DNA of 64,000 nt, from the sequence record OR455461.1, one strand, 5' to 3'. This stretch comes from Staphylococcus phage AH12. Below are positions 29,227 through 39,283 of the stretch, one piece after another (position 1 is the first letter of the stretch; the number at the start of each line of letters is the position of its first letter). The notes under the pieces are model-generated. The model worked only from the letters and a program-made list of their open reading frames with translations, was not told the DNA's origin and did not search any database. The position numbers were made by a program, and so were the translations under genes.

Positions 29227-29658
29227 TTATATTATTGATTTATAGAAATCTAAATCTTCAGATAATAAATTTTTTATTGCTTTTGTTACATACGTTTGTT
29301 TATCGTATATTTTATACTCACCATCAATTTTAACTAAAGCAAATAAATCACTAGCAAAATCTGGTTCTAGTAAGATGGAAACCATCTTTTTGTTTAAAAC
29401 ACTTTCTTCATAATGATCTTCGAAGATAATGTCCGATATTGAAGGTAGTATAATTTCTTCATAATAATCTTTTATGTCATCCATTTCATTATAAGCTTCT
29501 TCTGTTCCAATATCATAATCGTCACTAAAAAATAATTCTCTTAGAACTAAATAACTATTTGACTTTAATTCTTTAGGAACACTCACCATATTTTCTTGTG
29601 TAATTTTTATTGAATCTTTTAGACTGTCTGAATCAAATAAATTGAAAAACTCATCCAT
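29227..29658 (-). CDS. hypothetical acidic protein
   Basis: 143 aa. Confidence 0.5.
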   Translation of the reverse strand: MDEFFNLFDSDSLKDSIKITQENMVSVPKELKSNSYLVLRELFFSDDYDIGTEEAYNEMDDIKDYYEEIILPSISDIIFEDHYEESVLNKKMVSILLEPDFASDLFALVKIDGEYKIYDKQTYVTKAIKNLLSEDLDFYKSII

Positions 29659-29675
29659 TTTATATCTACTCCTTT

Positions 29676-30149
29676 TTATTTAAAATTTTCTTTAATTTTA
29701 TTATTTCTATATTCTTTTTCAGTTATTTTTATATAATCTTCATTAATTATTAATCCCATTTTATTAATACCTTCTGCATTGAATGTGAATTTATCGTTAT
29801 ACCCATGATTTCTTATATTATCATATATTTCATTCAAAGTTTCTTCACCAGTTAAATGCATACTATCTTCCCATATTTCATAACCTTTAAGATCAATCCA
29901 GTAATTCACGTACGTGTTTTCTTCTTCATCTCTTAAAAAATTAGTTTCTATTTTTATAGGAAAATCTTTAATTAAATCAATTAATATAATTTCTTCATCT
30001 TCTTTTACATATAAAGATTCTAATAATTCAATATCTTTACCGTCTTTTTTCTTAATATACCAATTTCTTTCCATTAATTGAGAATAAATATCAGGATTAA
30101 TAAATAAAATTTTAGATATTCCACTTTGAGTTATTTTGTAATAATTCAT
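29676..30149 (-). CDS. paralog-family protein (N-terminal MNYYKITQSGIS, C-terminal TEKEYRNNKIKENFK)
   Basis: 157 aa. Confidence 0.55.
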   Translation of the reverse strand: MNYYKITQSGISKILFINPDIYSQLMERNWYIKKKDGKDIELLESLYVKEDEEIILIDLIKDFPIKIETNFLRDEEENTYVNYWIDLKGYEIWEDSMHLTGEETLNEIYDNIRNHGYNDKFTFNAEGINKMGLIINEDYIKITEKEYRNNKIKENFK

Positions 30150-30171
30150 GCTATATATATATACTCCTTTT

Positions 30172-30669
30172 TTATTTAAAAGTTTCTTTAACTTTATTCT
30201 CTTTATATTCAGTTTCAGATATTTCTATATATTGGATATTCTCTTTTAAATCATAAATTTCTTTATCTCTGCTAAAAATAAAATCTTTATTAAAAACTAA
30301 ATCTTCTGCATATTCATGAACCTCCTCAAGCGTATGGTTTTTAAAATTATCTAAAATAATACCTACACTATTCGTCAAATATCCGCCTTTCATTTCTAAA
30401 TGAGCATCCATAGTTAAGGGTCTATTTGAATTTGTAAAGACGGTGAAATTAAGCTTTAAGCTATCTTGATCTTTAATCAAGTAACGTGTTTTAATGACTT
30501 CATTTTCTTCAAAACAAAAATTTTGTTTAAGATTATCATAACCACCACCATAAGTTTCTAAAATTTGAACTACACCATCATTTATTAATTTATAATATTT
30601 CATTTTATAATATCTCTCCTTTTTATTTATATAAAAAATATAGATAACGGTCTTAAAGACCGTTATCAT
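30172..30669 (-). CDS. paralog-family protein (MKYYKLINDGVV ... SETEYKENKVKETFK)
   Basis: 165 aa. The real start is probably the internal MKYYKL. Confidence 0.55.
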   Translation of the reverse strand: MITVFKTVIYIFYINKKERYYKMKYYKLINDGVVQILETYGGGYDNLKQNFCFEENEVIKTRYLIKDQDSLKLNFTVFTNSNRPLTMDAHLEMKGGYLTNSVGIILDNFKNHTLEEVHEYAEDLVFNKDFIFSRDKEIYDLKENIQYIEISETEYKENKVKETFK

Positions 30670-30671
30670 AA

Positions 30672-32717
30672 TTATAAATCTCTTTTAGCTTCTTCAATGT
30701 TAATGATTCTAATACCTTTTTCCTTAGCTTTCTTAATTTTAGATGAACCTGAGTTTGGATCTGGAGTAACTAATAAGTCAGTTTTACCTGAAACTGATGA
30801 AGTTACTTTATGACCTTTAAGTTCTAATTGTTCTTTAAATTCAGCATCTCTAAATCCACTAAATACAATATTCATTGGCTCCACTGAATCATCTTTATTA
30901 GCTTCCATTTCTTTCTTAAGTGATTTAATATTTAATTCATTGAATAAGAATTCAATTAAATCTTTATTCTGTTTATATCCATTAATAATAATCTCAGCAG
31001 TAATATTGGCAATTCCTTTAATATCACTTAGATCTTTAATTGATAGAGTTGAATAATCAACTTCCTGTGGATCATAGACTTTTGTAACTAATTTAAATGT
31101 AGTTCTACCTACGCCATTTAATCCTAATGAACCTAATACATCATAATCATAATATTCTTTATTCTTATGAATCGTATTAATAATATTCTGAGCTGACTTC
31201 TCTTTAAAAGTATCAACTTCCATAATATCATCTTTATCAATTTCATATAGACTTTGAATACCATTAGGTAATTTATTACCTTTATATAATTTATCAATAG
31301 TAGAGTATTCAATACCTTTAATATCCATCTTAGATACATAGTTATTAATAATTCCTTGAACTCTACATTCACAATCATTATTGATACAAGATACAAATGT
31401 TTCATTTTCATTAATTTCAAGTTCTTCCCCACAATACTTACAAGTCTTAATGAACTCTATAGGTTCTCCTGTAACAGTATTTGTTGGAGATGGAGTTAAA
31501 TAACTTAACACATCATTACGATACTCTATAATAACTTCTTGACCTTTAACTAATTGAAGTTCTTTAAATCGTTTATAGTTAGCAATAGAAACTCTTTCAC
31601 ATTTAGCTCCATTAAAGTAAACAGGTTCAAATCTAACTACAGGTGTATATCTTCCTGTACCGTTTTCTGACACATCAAACTCAATATCAATTACATTAGT
31701 CTTTTTAGTCATATAAGGGAATTTTAAAGCTACATCAAACTTATTACGGTCATTTAATCTACCTAAACGATTTCTATCGTCTTCATCAAGAGCTTCAATA
31801 ACTAATCCATCAATCATGTATTCATAATCTTCTCTTTCATTAGCTATTTGATGATATAATTCATTAAAATCTTTATAATCGTGTTCATCTTCCATAACAA
31901 AATTATACTGTGGATCAAGTTGATCAAATACTTTGCTATGTGATGTAATTGCATGAATAAGATTCAATTCTTCTTGTCGAGTTAATTCTTTATTACTGAT
32001 ATTAATTCTTAATGGTAATAAATTAATTAACTTACGTTTTTTATATCCATCATCTGAGTTTAATAATCCTGCAACAATTGATCTAGGGTTAGCATACTCT
32101 TCATCAATCTTATTAAAGTTACTATAACTCATTACTGCTTCACACTTAATAGCAATATCAATATTATCTTCAGATAAATCAACTGCATTAATATCTACAT
32201 CTGATTTTTTAATTTTAATATGACTGAAGAAATCAGTTAAGTCAGCTCCTTTACCGTCTTTACCTCTTGTTAAAGCTGATTTAGTTACTAAATAATCTCC
32301 TTTAGTAGTTAAAATAACTAATACACTATTACCGTCATATTTTTGAGTAATTAATAATTGTTTACCATTTAAACTTTTATCATATATCCATTCAGATAAT
32401 TCTTCTACAGAATTAACCTTAGAAACTGTTCCTACTAATTCAGGATATTCATGAGAAACATCTACTAACTTTTTACCTTTAGAAGGTAAAGCTCCACCAT
32501 TAAATGGACGGTACTTTTCATATTCTCTTAATAATTTGTCAAACTCTTCATCAGTTAACTCTGGTTGGTCTGATGTGTTATAATATACATAAGATTGATC
32601 CTCTAAATATTTTTGTACTTCATCTAAATTACTTTCATTTACTTCGTTAAATTTTGTCATTATCTTTTCCATCTCCTTATTAATATAAAAACGTATTGTA
32701 CAACAAATCAAAAACAA
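30672..32717 (-). CDS. ligA: NAD-dependent DNA ligase (LigA-like)
   Basis: KYDGNS adenylation lysine motif. C4 zinc finger CKYCGEEL...CINNDCEC. C-terminal BRCT domain (IVFSGFRD...GKTDLLVTPDP..SSKIKKAKEKGIRII). The true start is probably the internal MEKIMTKF near 32672. Confidence 0.8.
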   Translation of the reverse strand: MFLICCTIRFYINKEMEKIMTKFNEVNESNLDEVQKYLEDQSYVYYNTSDQPELTDEEFDKLLREYEKYRPFNGGALPSKGKKLVDVSHEYPELVGTVSKVNSVEELSEWIYDKSLNGKQLLITQKYDGNSVLVILTTKGDYLVTKSALTRGKDGKGADLTDFFSHIKIKKSDVDINAVDLSEDNIDIAIKCEAVMSYSNFNKIDEEYANPRSIVAGLLNSDDGYKKRKLINLLPLRINISNKELTRQEELNLIHAITSHSKVFDQLDPQYNFVMEDEHDYKDFNELYHQIANEREDYEYMIDGLVIEALDEDDRNRLGRLNDRNKFDVALKFPYMTKKTNVIDIEFDVSENGTGRYTPVVRFEPVYFNGAKCERVSIANYKRFKELQLVKGQEVIIEYRNDVLSYLTPSPTNTVTGEPIEFIKTCKYCGEELEINENETFVSCINNDCECRVQGIINNYVSKMDIKGIEYSTIDKLYKGNKLPNGIQSLYEIDKDDIMEVDTFKEKSAQNIINTIHKNKEYYDYDVLGSLGLNGVGRTTFKLVTKVYDPQEVDYSTLSIKDLSDIKGIANITAEIIINGYKQNKDLIEFLFNELNIKSLKKEMEANKDDSVEPMNIVFSGFRDAEFKEQLELKGHKVTSSVSGKTDLLVTPDPNSGSSKIKKAKEKGIRIINIEEAKRDL

Positions 32718-32964
32718 AAATGGCTATTACACATACTATAAATGAAATCAATGTTATCAACGATCCCATAAATAATATGTGAGAATCTTTTGCACAGATT
32801 GCCACAACAAGTGCAATTATTCCTACAATTATACTTATTATTGATCCCATTATTAAAAATGCTATTAATGCAAGAATGAAATTTACTGCAATTACCATTA
32901 TCTTTTCTATCTCCTTATATAAAAAAATTATTAAATTAAGAGTAATGATGAAGTTAATCATCAT
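32680..32964 (-). CDS. small hydrophobic membrane protein
   Basis: 94 aa, almost entirely transmembrane. Confidence 0.4.
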   Translation of the reverse strand: MMINFIITLNLIIFLYKEIEKIMVIAVNFILALIAFLIMGSIISIIVGIIALVVAICAKDSHILFMGSLITLISFIVCVIAIFVFDLLYNTFLY

Positions 32965-32992
32965 TACTCCATTTTTATAATATATATTTAAA
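32940..32992 (-). promoter_or_regulatory. conserved hairpin + TATATATTATAA intergenic element
   Basis: GGAGTAATGATGAAGTTAATCATCATTACTCC hairpin followed by ATTTTTATAATATATATTTAAAT. Confidence 0.45.
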
Positions 32993-33001
32993 TAATAATT
33001 T

Positions 33002-33199
33002 CTAAAAAGAAGTCAAATGCCAGTATATAATAAATGTCAATGATAATGATAATACTATTTTTATTAAATTTATTTTTATATCTTCTCTAAACATTTCATT
33101 AAAAATTGAAATAAATAAAAATGAAATTTCTGTTATAAAAAAACTTAAACTAATAATACCAATCCAAAATAAAATAATCACATATATACCTAACAGCAA
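33002..33199 (-). CDS. small membrane protein
   Basis: 65 aa, hydrophobic. Confidence 0.35.
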   Translation of the reverse strand: MLLGIYVIILFWIGIISLSFFITEISFLFISIFNEMFREDIKINLIKIVLSLSLTFIIYWHLTSF

Positions 33200-34368
33200 C
33201 TTAAAAACATCCTTTCTCGTTTATCTTTTTCCACTTTATTAAATAAAGGACCAAAATATAAATTATCGCTTATTTTTTTATTTTCTTTTTCATATTCGAA
33301 AATTTCATATAACATATTAAAAGTAAAGTTATTACTTCTTATATAAGGAGTATCGTATAAGTTTGATACTGTATAAACATTCATAATGTAATATTTGATA
33401 GCTTCTAAGAAATTGTTGAATTTATATTCTTTATCATTTCTAAATAATTTTAAATAAAAATTATTTGAAAGTTCAAAGTCATATAACCTTTCAATTTTAA
33501 TAAGAGTATTAAATAGATGATTATTTTTATGGTCTTTATGATTCTCTATCAAATTATCTTCAATAATCTCAGTATCTAAAAATATAAATTTATTTCTTTC
33601 TTTAGTATATTCAATGATATTATGAATATTGCCATTCATCATTAAGTTTAAAATTAAACCATTACTATATTTATTGTCTAAATTTACAAATTCATTAATA
33701 AAGTCTGAAAACGTATCTTCTGAAAGGATAAAACGTGTAAAGTTACTCTCAATATCATCTGATGGTTCTATATATTCATAATAGCTATCAACATTATCAA
33801 TATCAAGAAAAATGGTAGACATCTTTGAAGTGTAGTATTTTTCGTCATTATCTAATTCATTAAAGAAATTATTATTTTTAGAAAATTCTTTAATTAATTT
33901 TTTATTAAAATCGTATGGATGTACAGTTAATGCACCTAACGAACTCATTAAATCTTCATCAGTTAATATATTTAAATATAACAATATAGTCTTAATATAA
34001 GATATCGAAACTACAAAATCTTTTCTTTCATAATTTTTAAAATTTTTTTCCATATCTAAAAATATTTCATATTGATTTACTTGATTTTCTTTAATTAAAT
34101 TACCTAAATACATTATTATTAAATCATCATTATTTTCATTTGATAATTCAATTAATGTATCTTTATATTTACTTAATTTATCTTCTATATCTTTATAAAA
34201 GATGGATGTTTTTCTAAAGAAAGTTTTACCACTAAAATAAATTAGGTAATCCATTAATTCTTCAAATAATAATTTTTCATCTTTTCTAATTTTCTCTTTA
34301 TTAATCTTTATATTATTATACTTATTCTCAATTAATAACAAATCTTTTTCTTCAATTACATATTTCAT
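33190..34368 (-). CDS. hypothetical protein
   Basis: 392-aa ORF. Confidence 0.55.
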   Translation of the reverse strand: MKYVIEEKDLLLIENKYNNIKINKEKIRKDEKLLFEELMDYLIYFSGKTFFRKTSIFYKDIEDKLSKYKDTLIELSNENNDDLIIMYLGNLIKENQVNQYEIFLDMEKNFKNYERKDFVVSISYIKTILLYLNILTDEDLMSSLGALTVHPYDFNKKLIKEFSKNNNFFNELDNDEKYYTSKMSTIFLDIDNVDSYYEYIEPSDDIESNFTRFILSEDTFSDFINEFVNLDNKYSNGLILNLMMNGNIHNIIEYTKERNKFIFLDTEIIEDNLIENHKDHKNNHLFNTLIKIERLYDFELSNNFYLKLFRNDKEYKFNNFLEAIKYYIMNVYTVSNLYDTPYIRSNNFTFNMLYEIFEYEKENKKISDNLYFGPLFNKVEKDKRERMFLSCC

Positions 34369-34382
34369 ATCTTTTCCATCTC

Positions 34383-35090
34383 CTAATTAAATGATTTTGA
34401 TGCATAATGTGTTTTTAATTTTTTAGATATGTGTTCTTTATCTTCTTTATTTATTTGATTAAATAATCTTAGATTGAAGTTTTCCATTTCTTTAATTGAA
34501 TCTAATCTTAAGGCATAATCATCTAGCAGTGCCATAACACGAGCTCCATTCATTATTGAACTATTAAGCGAATCTTCACTTACTAAAAAATCTTTATCAG
34601 ACACTACTTCAGAATTCATGACAATTTTAAAACTGGTATTTTCATTATATTCTGAATTAATAGATTTTAAATAATTTATTAAAGTCTCTACTATTAAGAA
34701 TAATTTTATTTTTACTCTACTTATTGTTAGATGATTCTTAGTTGCGTTTATTTCAAATTTATGATTAAAATGTGAATATACAATATTAAATAATTTCTTT
34801 TCATTATAGTAGTCTATTATTTCTTTAAGAGAATCTATATTTAGTTTATCAGATAATACATATTGAAAAGCAGTAACTAAGAGTAACTCATATCTTCTAG
34901 CATTATCAAACAATTCATTGTCATCCATTTCACTTTCTTGTTGTTTAATCATGGGTATAAGTCTATCTATTTTCTCTGAATCACTTATTTTGCTATTATA
35001 TTTATTTTTCATTTCTTTAGTATCCATATAATCCATTAGATCTAATTTAGTTCTAATGGATATATTAGGATTTTTATTATAATTATACAT
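34383..35090 (-). CDS. hypothetical protein
   Basis: 235-aa ORF. Confidence 0.5.
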   Translation of the reverse strand: MYNYNKNPNISIRTKLDLMDYMDTKEMKNKYNSKISDSEKIDRLIPMIKQQESEMDDNELFDNARRYELLLVTAFQYVLSDKLNIDSLKEIIDYYNEKKLFNIVYSHFNHKFEINATKNHLTISRVKIKLFLIVETLINYLKSINSEYNENTSFKIVMNSEVVSDKDFLVSEDSLNSSIMNGARVMALLDDYALRLDSIKEMENFNLRLFNQINKEDKEHISKKLKTHYASKSFN

Positions 35091-35103
35091 AATATTAATC
35101 TCC

Positions 35104-35664
35104 TTATTTAAAATTATTTCTGACTAGATATTTTTTAACTTCTTTCTCAAACTCTATAGATAAATCTTCATAAAATTCTTTTTCTTCTTTAATATATTCC
35201 ATTAAAGCTTTTAAGTACATAATGTGATCAACTATAATTATCTTATTTAATGTTGTATTATAATATAAATATATTACATCATCTTTTGAAGAAAATTGAC
35301 TTAAAGTTTCTTGATTAGGTGTAAATAAATCTCTTTCTAACATATTGACAAAATCTTCAAAATTCTGGAACTTACCCGAATGTAAATCTAAAAATTCTTT
35401 TAATAAATTTATTAAATGATAATCAACAACGGAATGTCTAATGAAATTCTTTAAATCTTTTGACATTACTATCATGCTAACACCTTTTCTCATTAACTCA
35501 TGTTTGTAATTATTAAGTATATATGTTAAAACTTCATTTTCATCATTAACTTCATTATACATTCTTCTTTTATCATTAAAAGACATATCTTTTCTAATAA
35601 TTTCGTCAAAAGCCTTTCTATCTTTTTCCATTATATCTGCATTAAATATTTTTTCAATATACAT
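35104..35664 (-). CDS. paralog-family protein (C-terminal EKEVKKYLVRNNFK)
   Basis: 186 aa. Confidence 0.5.
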   Translation of the reverse strand: MYIEKIFNADIMEKDRKAFDEIIRKDMSFNDKRRMYNEVNDENEVLTYILNNYKHELMRKGVSMIVMSKDLKNFIRHSVVDYHLINLLKEFLDLHSGKFQNFEDFVNMLERDLFTPNQETLSQFSSKDDVIYLYYNTTLNKIIIVDHIMYLKALMEYIKEEKEFYEDLSIEFEKEVKKYLVRNNFK

Positions 35665-35677
35665 CTAAAATCTCCTT

Positions 35678-37540
35678 TTATCTAAATATATTTTTAACTA
35701 ATTCTGATTTAAAACTCTTTCTCAATTTAGTAGATTTTTCTGGCATGTAATTATCTAAATAATCACATAAACCATTGCAGAACTCATTAATTGATAATCT
35801 ATTAATATTAATCTTGTCATATGATATAATTAATTCATTGACTTCAAAACTATATCTACCTTTCAGTTTCTTAGATATATTAGTTATTATAGTTTTAGCT
35901 ATTTTATCATATTTAATATCAAATACAACATCTATATCTAAATCATGTAATAATTCAATATTAATTCTATTTTCAAAATAATCATTTAAATCTTTAAAAT
36001 AATATTTATCAAAATTGATATCAATATCGTAAGTGAAATTATTAAATATAGTATTAATTATATCTATTTGATCTTCATTATCATTACCTTTATTGAATAT
36101 TAAAGGTGTAATAATATTACCTACGGATAGGTCAATATGGTTAATCTTACTTAATCCTTTTTGGTAGAAAATAGAATTAATATTCATTTTAATTCCAATC
36201 TCTATAACTTTTTTAATCTCCTTTTTATCCATTAATTTATTTATAATAACGCTATTATTAATTTCATTAATAATACGTTTTAATTTATAACTATTAGAAC
36301 ACATTATTAATTTAATTAATATATTAGAAATTTCAAATTCTTTTCTAGTAAGATTTTTCGGATCATAGAAATATTTAAATAGAGTATCATAATATTCTTT
36401 AGAACCAATTATACATCTTTGATTGGTTAAATATGATAATGATTTGAGTACTCTTGTTTTATTAATCATTTTATGTTTATTTAATTTATTCTTTTCTATA
36501 TAAATATCATTAATATAATGACCTAATAAATGATTACAATAAGGATCTCTATGTTCACTTGTAGATGAAATTGCTTGTATATTTTCTCTACTAGATACTA
36601 AATCTTTATCTCTGAAAGTATTTCTTCTAACAGTAATAATTTCATCATTAAATAAATCTATCAAAAGAATATTAGGTTTATAAATATCGTATAGAAATTC
36701 TTGTTTAATATCTTTATTAAAGCTATTATTCATTACTTTATTTATTAATATATAAATGAGATCTTCAAATTCATTAAAATATCTGTCTATTATCAATGAA
36801 AACAGATTATTCCCTGTTCCTTCTTTATAATCTATATATTTAGGCGATCTATAATATTCATGCTCATTAGTTAATACATTTAATAGACCTTGCAAATTTT
36901 CATTAGATTCTATTTTTGAACTTATATATTCTCTAACTAAGTTAATAAAATAATCATGTAAATTAATATTAGTATTTTTTATTTTAACACTACTCATTCT
37001 ATCTTTTGTTAAATATAATAATCTATAATAAGGAAATACTATATTTCTATTAAATTCATTTATATTCATACTAGATATTGATAAAGGATAATCTAAATTC
37101 ATAGATTTTAAATAAGTGATTACTATGCTAAAATATTCTATATCTGAAATATATTCGGTTATTACATTTCCTTGCATCTCTGTTCTTAGTTTTTCATTTT
37201 TATATTTGACTTCTAAAGTACTTAATAAATCTTTATATAAACTTCTTTCACGTGCGTCTAACTTACCTGATTTCAGTTGATCCTTTAAATATCTTATTGA
37301 TGTTTCTGAAGACATATATTTTTTATCATCATATATAAATTTTTCATATAAATCATCCATATAATTATAACTTATCTTATTTATTATTCCTATTGATTCA
37401 CTAAAATACTCTTCTAGAATATATTTAATTTTATTATCTTCAATATCAAATATATCAGATAACTTTAAATCAACACCTTCTAAATATTTAAAACTTTCTT
37501 TAATGTAGAACTCTAAACTTTCTGTCATTATCCAATTCAC
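35678..37540 (-). CDS. large hypothetical protein (620 aa; C-terminal ...ELVKNIFR tail)
   Basis: Long ORF. The other-strand ORF 35775-35981 is spurious. Confidence 0.55.
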   Translation of the reverse strand: MNWIMTESLEFYIKESFKYLEGVDLKLSDIFDIEDNKIKYILEEYFSESIGIINKISYNYMDDLYEKFIYDDKKYMSSETSIRYLKDQLKSGKLDARERSLYKDLLSTLEVKYKNEKLRTEMQGNVITEYISDIEYFSIVITYLKSMNLDYPLSISSMNINEFNRNIVFPYYRLLYLTKDRMSSVKIKNTNINLHDYFINLVREYISSKIESNENLQGLLNVLTNEHEYYRSPKYIDYKEGTGNNLFSLIIDRYFNEFEDLIYILINKVMNNSFNKDIKQEFLYDIYKPNILLIDLFNDEIITVRRNTFRDKDLVSSRENIQAISSTSEHRDPYCNHLLGHYINDIYIEKNKLNKHKMINKTRVLKSLSYLTNQRCIIGSKEYYDTLFKYFYDPKNLTRKEFEISNILIKLIMCSNSYKLKRIINEINNSVIINKLMDKKEIKKVIEIGIKMNINSIFYQKGLSKINHIDLSVGNIITPLIFNKGNDNEDQIDIINTIFNNFTYDIDINFDKYYFKDLNDYFENRINIELLHDLDIDVVFDIKYDKIAKTIITNISKKLKGRYSFEVNELIISYDKININRLSINEFCNGLCDYLDNYMPEKSTKLRKSFKSELVKNIFR

Positions 37541-37573
37541 TCTCCTTATTTATAAAAAATAATGATTTAACTA

Positions 37574-38194
37574 TTAAATAAAATTATCTTTTACTGCATA
37601 TTTATTCATTTCTTTAATTAATGATTCAACTATTTCTTCTTTTAATGAATCTAATAAAAACTTCTCTAAAGAATCTATAAATTGTTTGTATGTTAATTCT
37701 TTCCATTCTGATTTAATATTAATATATAAAGATCTTTGTCCTGAACTAAATGCTTCATATTCTTTATAAAATACTTTAGCAATTTCTTTGAATGTCTTCT
37801 TACTAATTATAGGTAATTCTTCTACATTATCTAAGAAGAAATAATATAGAGGATATACTTCATCTTCTGTATATATTTTAGAATCTATAGATATTTTTAT
37901 AGTATGTGCATCCAATTTTTCTTTACCACTATTGTTATACAGAGATATATCTCCTATTTCTAAATTATTTAAACTCATATCACTATTTTCCTCCATATCT
38001 TTAGATTTAGTAGAAGACGTTTTCCAAACTTCAGTAGTAGAAAAAAGATTATTTTGAGATGGAAGGTTATAATTTACTTTTTTTATATCTGTATGAACTC
38101 CAATATTATCTACATCTATATCAAATCTTTCAGCTAATTTTTTATATGTTTCCATAAAATCTTTATTAAAATCTCTATTAATTTTAATCACCAC
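37574..38194 (-). CDS. paralog-family protein (C-terminal ...KYAVKDNFI)
   Basis: 206 aa. Confidence 0.5.
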   Translation of the reverse strand: MVIKINRDFNKDFMETYKKLAERFDIDVDNIGVHTDIKKVNYNLPSQNNLFSTTEVWKTSSTKSKDMEENSDMSLNNLEIGDISLYNNSGKEKLDAHTIKISIDSKIYTEDEVYPLYYFFLDNVEELPIISKKTFKEIAKVFYKEYEAFSSGQRSLYINIKSEWKELTYKQFIDSLEKFLLDSLKEEIVESLIKEMNKYAVKDNFI

Positions 38195-38248
38195 TTTTTA
38201 TTAAATAAGGAGTAATGATGAATTTAATCATCATTACTCCAATTATAT

Positions 38249-38635
38249 TTATTTTGAATCTTCTTTAATTTCTTTAACTAAATTATTTATTTCTGTAGAT
38301 GTTAAATCTTTAATATCATCTACATTTTCGAATTTTTCCATTAAGAACTCTAATTGATCTGGAGAAAGATCCATAATTGAATAAAGATCTTCTTCTTCTG
38401 CTTTATTGTAATCAATACTAACATTTAATGGACTAAAGTAAGCATTAAGTACTTTAGTGTTGTTATTTTGATATCTTTTTTCAAATGTAGTATTTAATTT
38501 AAAAGGATTACCTGTATATAACTCTACTAATAAACGTTTTCTTAAGTCTTCATTATTAGAGTACATATTAGTTAATTCATTAATAGCTTTGATAGATCCA
38601 CCGATCATCATGTTAGTTGTTTCCATCTCACCGCA
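38249..38635 (-). CDS. RNA polymerase beta C-terminal gene #1, terminal exon (starts ..GEMETTNMMIGGSIKAINEL)
   Basis: The frame is open upstream of the first Met back to ...CGGTGAGATGGAA. GEME + 21 residues align to the universal [22 protein letters not shown] block. Preceded by an intron core ending ...AATAACTG. Confidence 0.55.
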   Translation of the reverse strand, partial: CGEMETTNMMIGGSIKAINELTNMYSNNEDLRKRLLVELYTGNPFKLNTTFEKRYQNNNTKVLNAYFSPLNVSIDYNKAEEEDLYSIMDLSPDQLEFLMEKFENVDDIKDLTSTEINNLVKEIKEDSK

Positions 38636-38781
38636 GTTATTCTAAATATTATTATTTAGCTAGACTATATCATTACCATTTAAGGTAGAATATATTTAGT
38701 CGTTGAACACTAATTAAAGTGATGCTGATTAATTTAATAATCTCTCAGCAATTAATATTCTTTACATTTATACATTTCTAT
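38636..38781 (-). ncRNA. compact group I intron (beta #1, core 38664-38761)
   Basis: P/Q/R/S core, the P3 pairing GAATA/TATTC and a P9 hairpin CTAAAT..ATTTAG. Confidence 0.55.
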
Positions 38782-38834
38782 ATAACGGAGCCTTTTATTT
38801 GACTCTGAGAGGATTGTTGTTTATTCTTGATCTG
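38782..38834 (-). CDS. proposed micro-exon (...KQQSSQSQIKGSVI) of beta #1
   Basis: Inference. The frame QIKNKQQSSQSQIKGSVI, joined to the terminal exon through a split ATC codon, gives QIKGSVIGEME, which aligns to [11 protein letters not shown]. The segment is locally richer in G+C than the flanking intron sequence. Confidence 0.35.
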
Positions 38835-39037
38835 TAAAACTTAGACATTTATATTAACTATATTTATTTAAAAAATAGATTAGACTATATCATTACCATT
38901 TAAGGTAGAATATATTTAGTCGTTGAACCTCTTATTTGAGGATGCTGATTAATTCAATAATCTCTCAGCAATTAATATTCTTTACATACATATTATTTCT
39001 AATACATGGGACACAAAATTTATCCGGTGTTCTTGTG
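38835..39037 (-). ncRNA. compact group I intron (beta #1, core 38882-38980)
   Basis: P/Q/R/S core with the hairpin variant TACCATTTAAGGTA. Confidence 0.5.
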
Positions 39038-39060
39038 GGAATACCACTGTAATTATTAAA
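39038..39060 (-). CDS. proposed micro-exon (..YSHKNTG) of beta #1
   Basis: Inference. TATTCCCACAAGAACACCGGAT encodes YSHKNTG, comparable to SRSMKTG in beta #2 and HARSTG in bacterial beta. Confidence 0.3.
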
Positions 39061-39262
39061 GTCAATTGATTTTGCACTTAATTTCTATTTTATTAATCTT
39101 TATAATATAATTTATAAAGTATAGACTATATCTTCATTCTATATTATAGAAGAACTATATTTAGTCGTTGAACACTATTTAAAGTGATGCTGATTATTTT
39201 ATTACTCTCAGCAATTAATAATTTAATAATTCTTTAATTTATATAAAGAACGGCAAATAATT
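39061..39262 (-). ncRNA. compact group I intron (beta #1, core 39122-39225)
   Basis: P/Q/R/S core. P8 hairpin variant CTTC...GAAG with compensatory substitutions. P9 hairpin CTTTATAAattataTTATAAAG. Confidence 0.5.
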
Positions 39263-39283
39263 TACCTGATGGTTCATGTTTTA

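Noticed and set aside
31133-31432. 99-aa minus-strand ORF inside the ligase gene in another frame. Similar embedded or antisense ORFs are 10739-10939, 11751-11990, 14050-14301, 14373-14644, 15738-15959, 17147-17335, 35775-35981, 44779-45000, 48467-48811, 52525-52740, 58675-59070, 59967-60155, 60261-60461 and 61089-61367.
   Set aside because: They are wholly embedded in longer, better-supported ORFs. Their composition is an artefact of AT-rich sequence.
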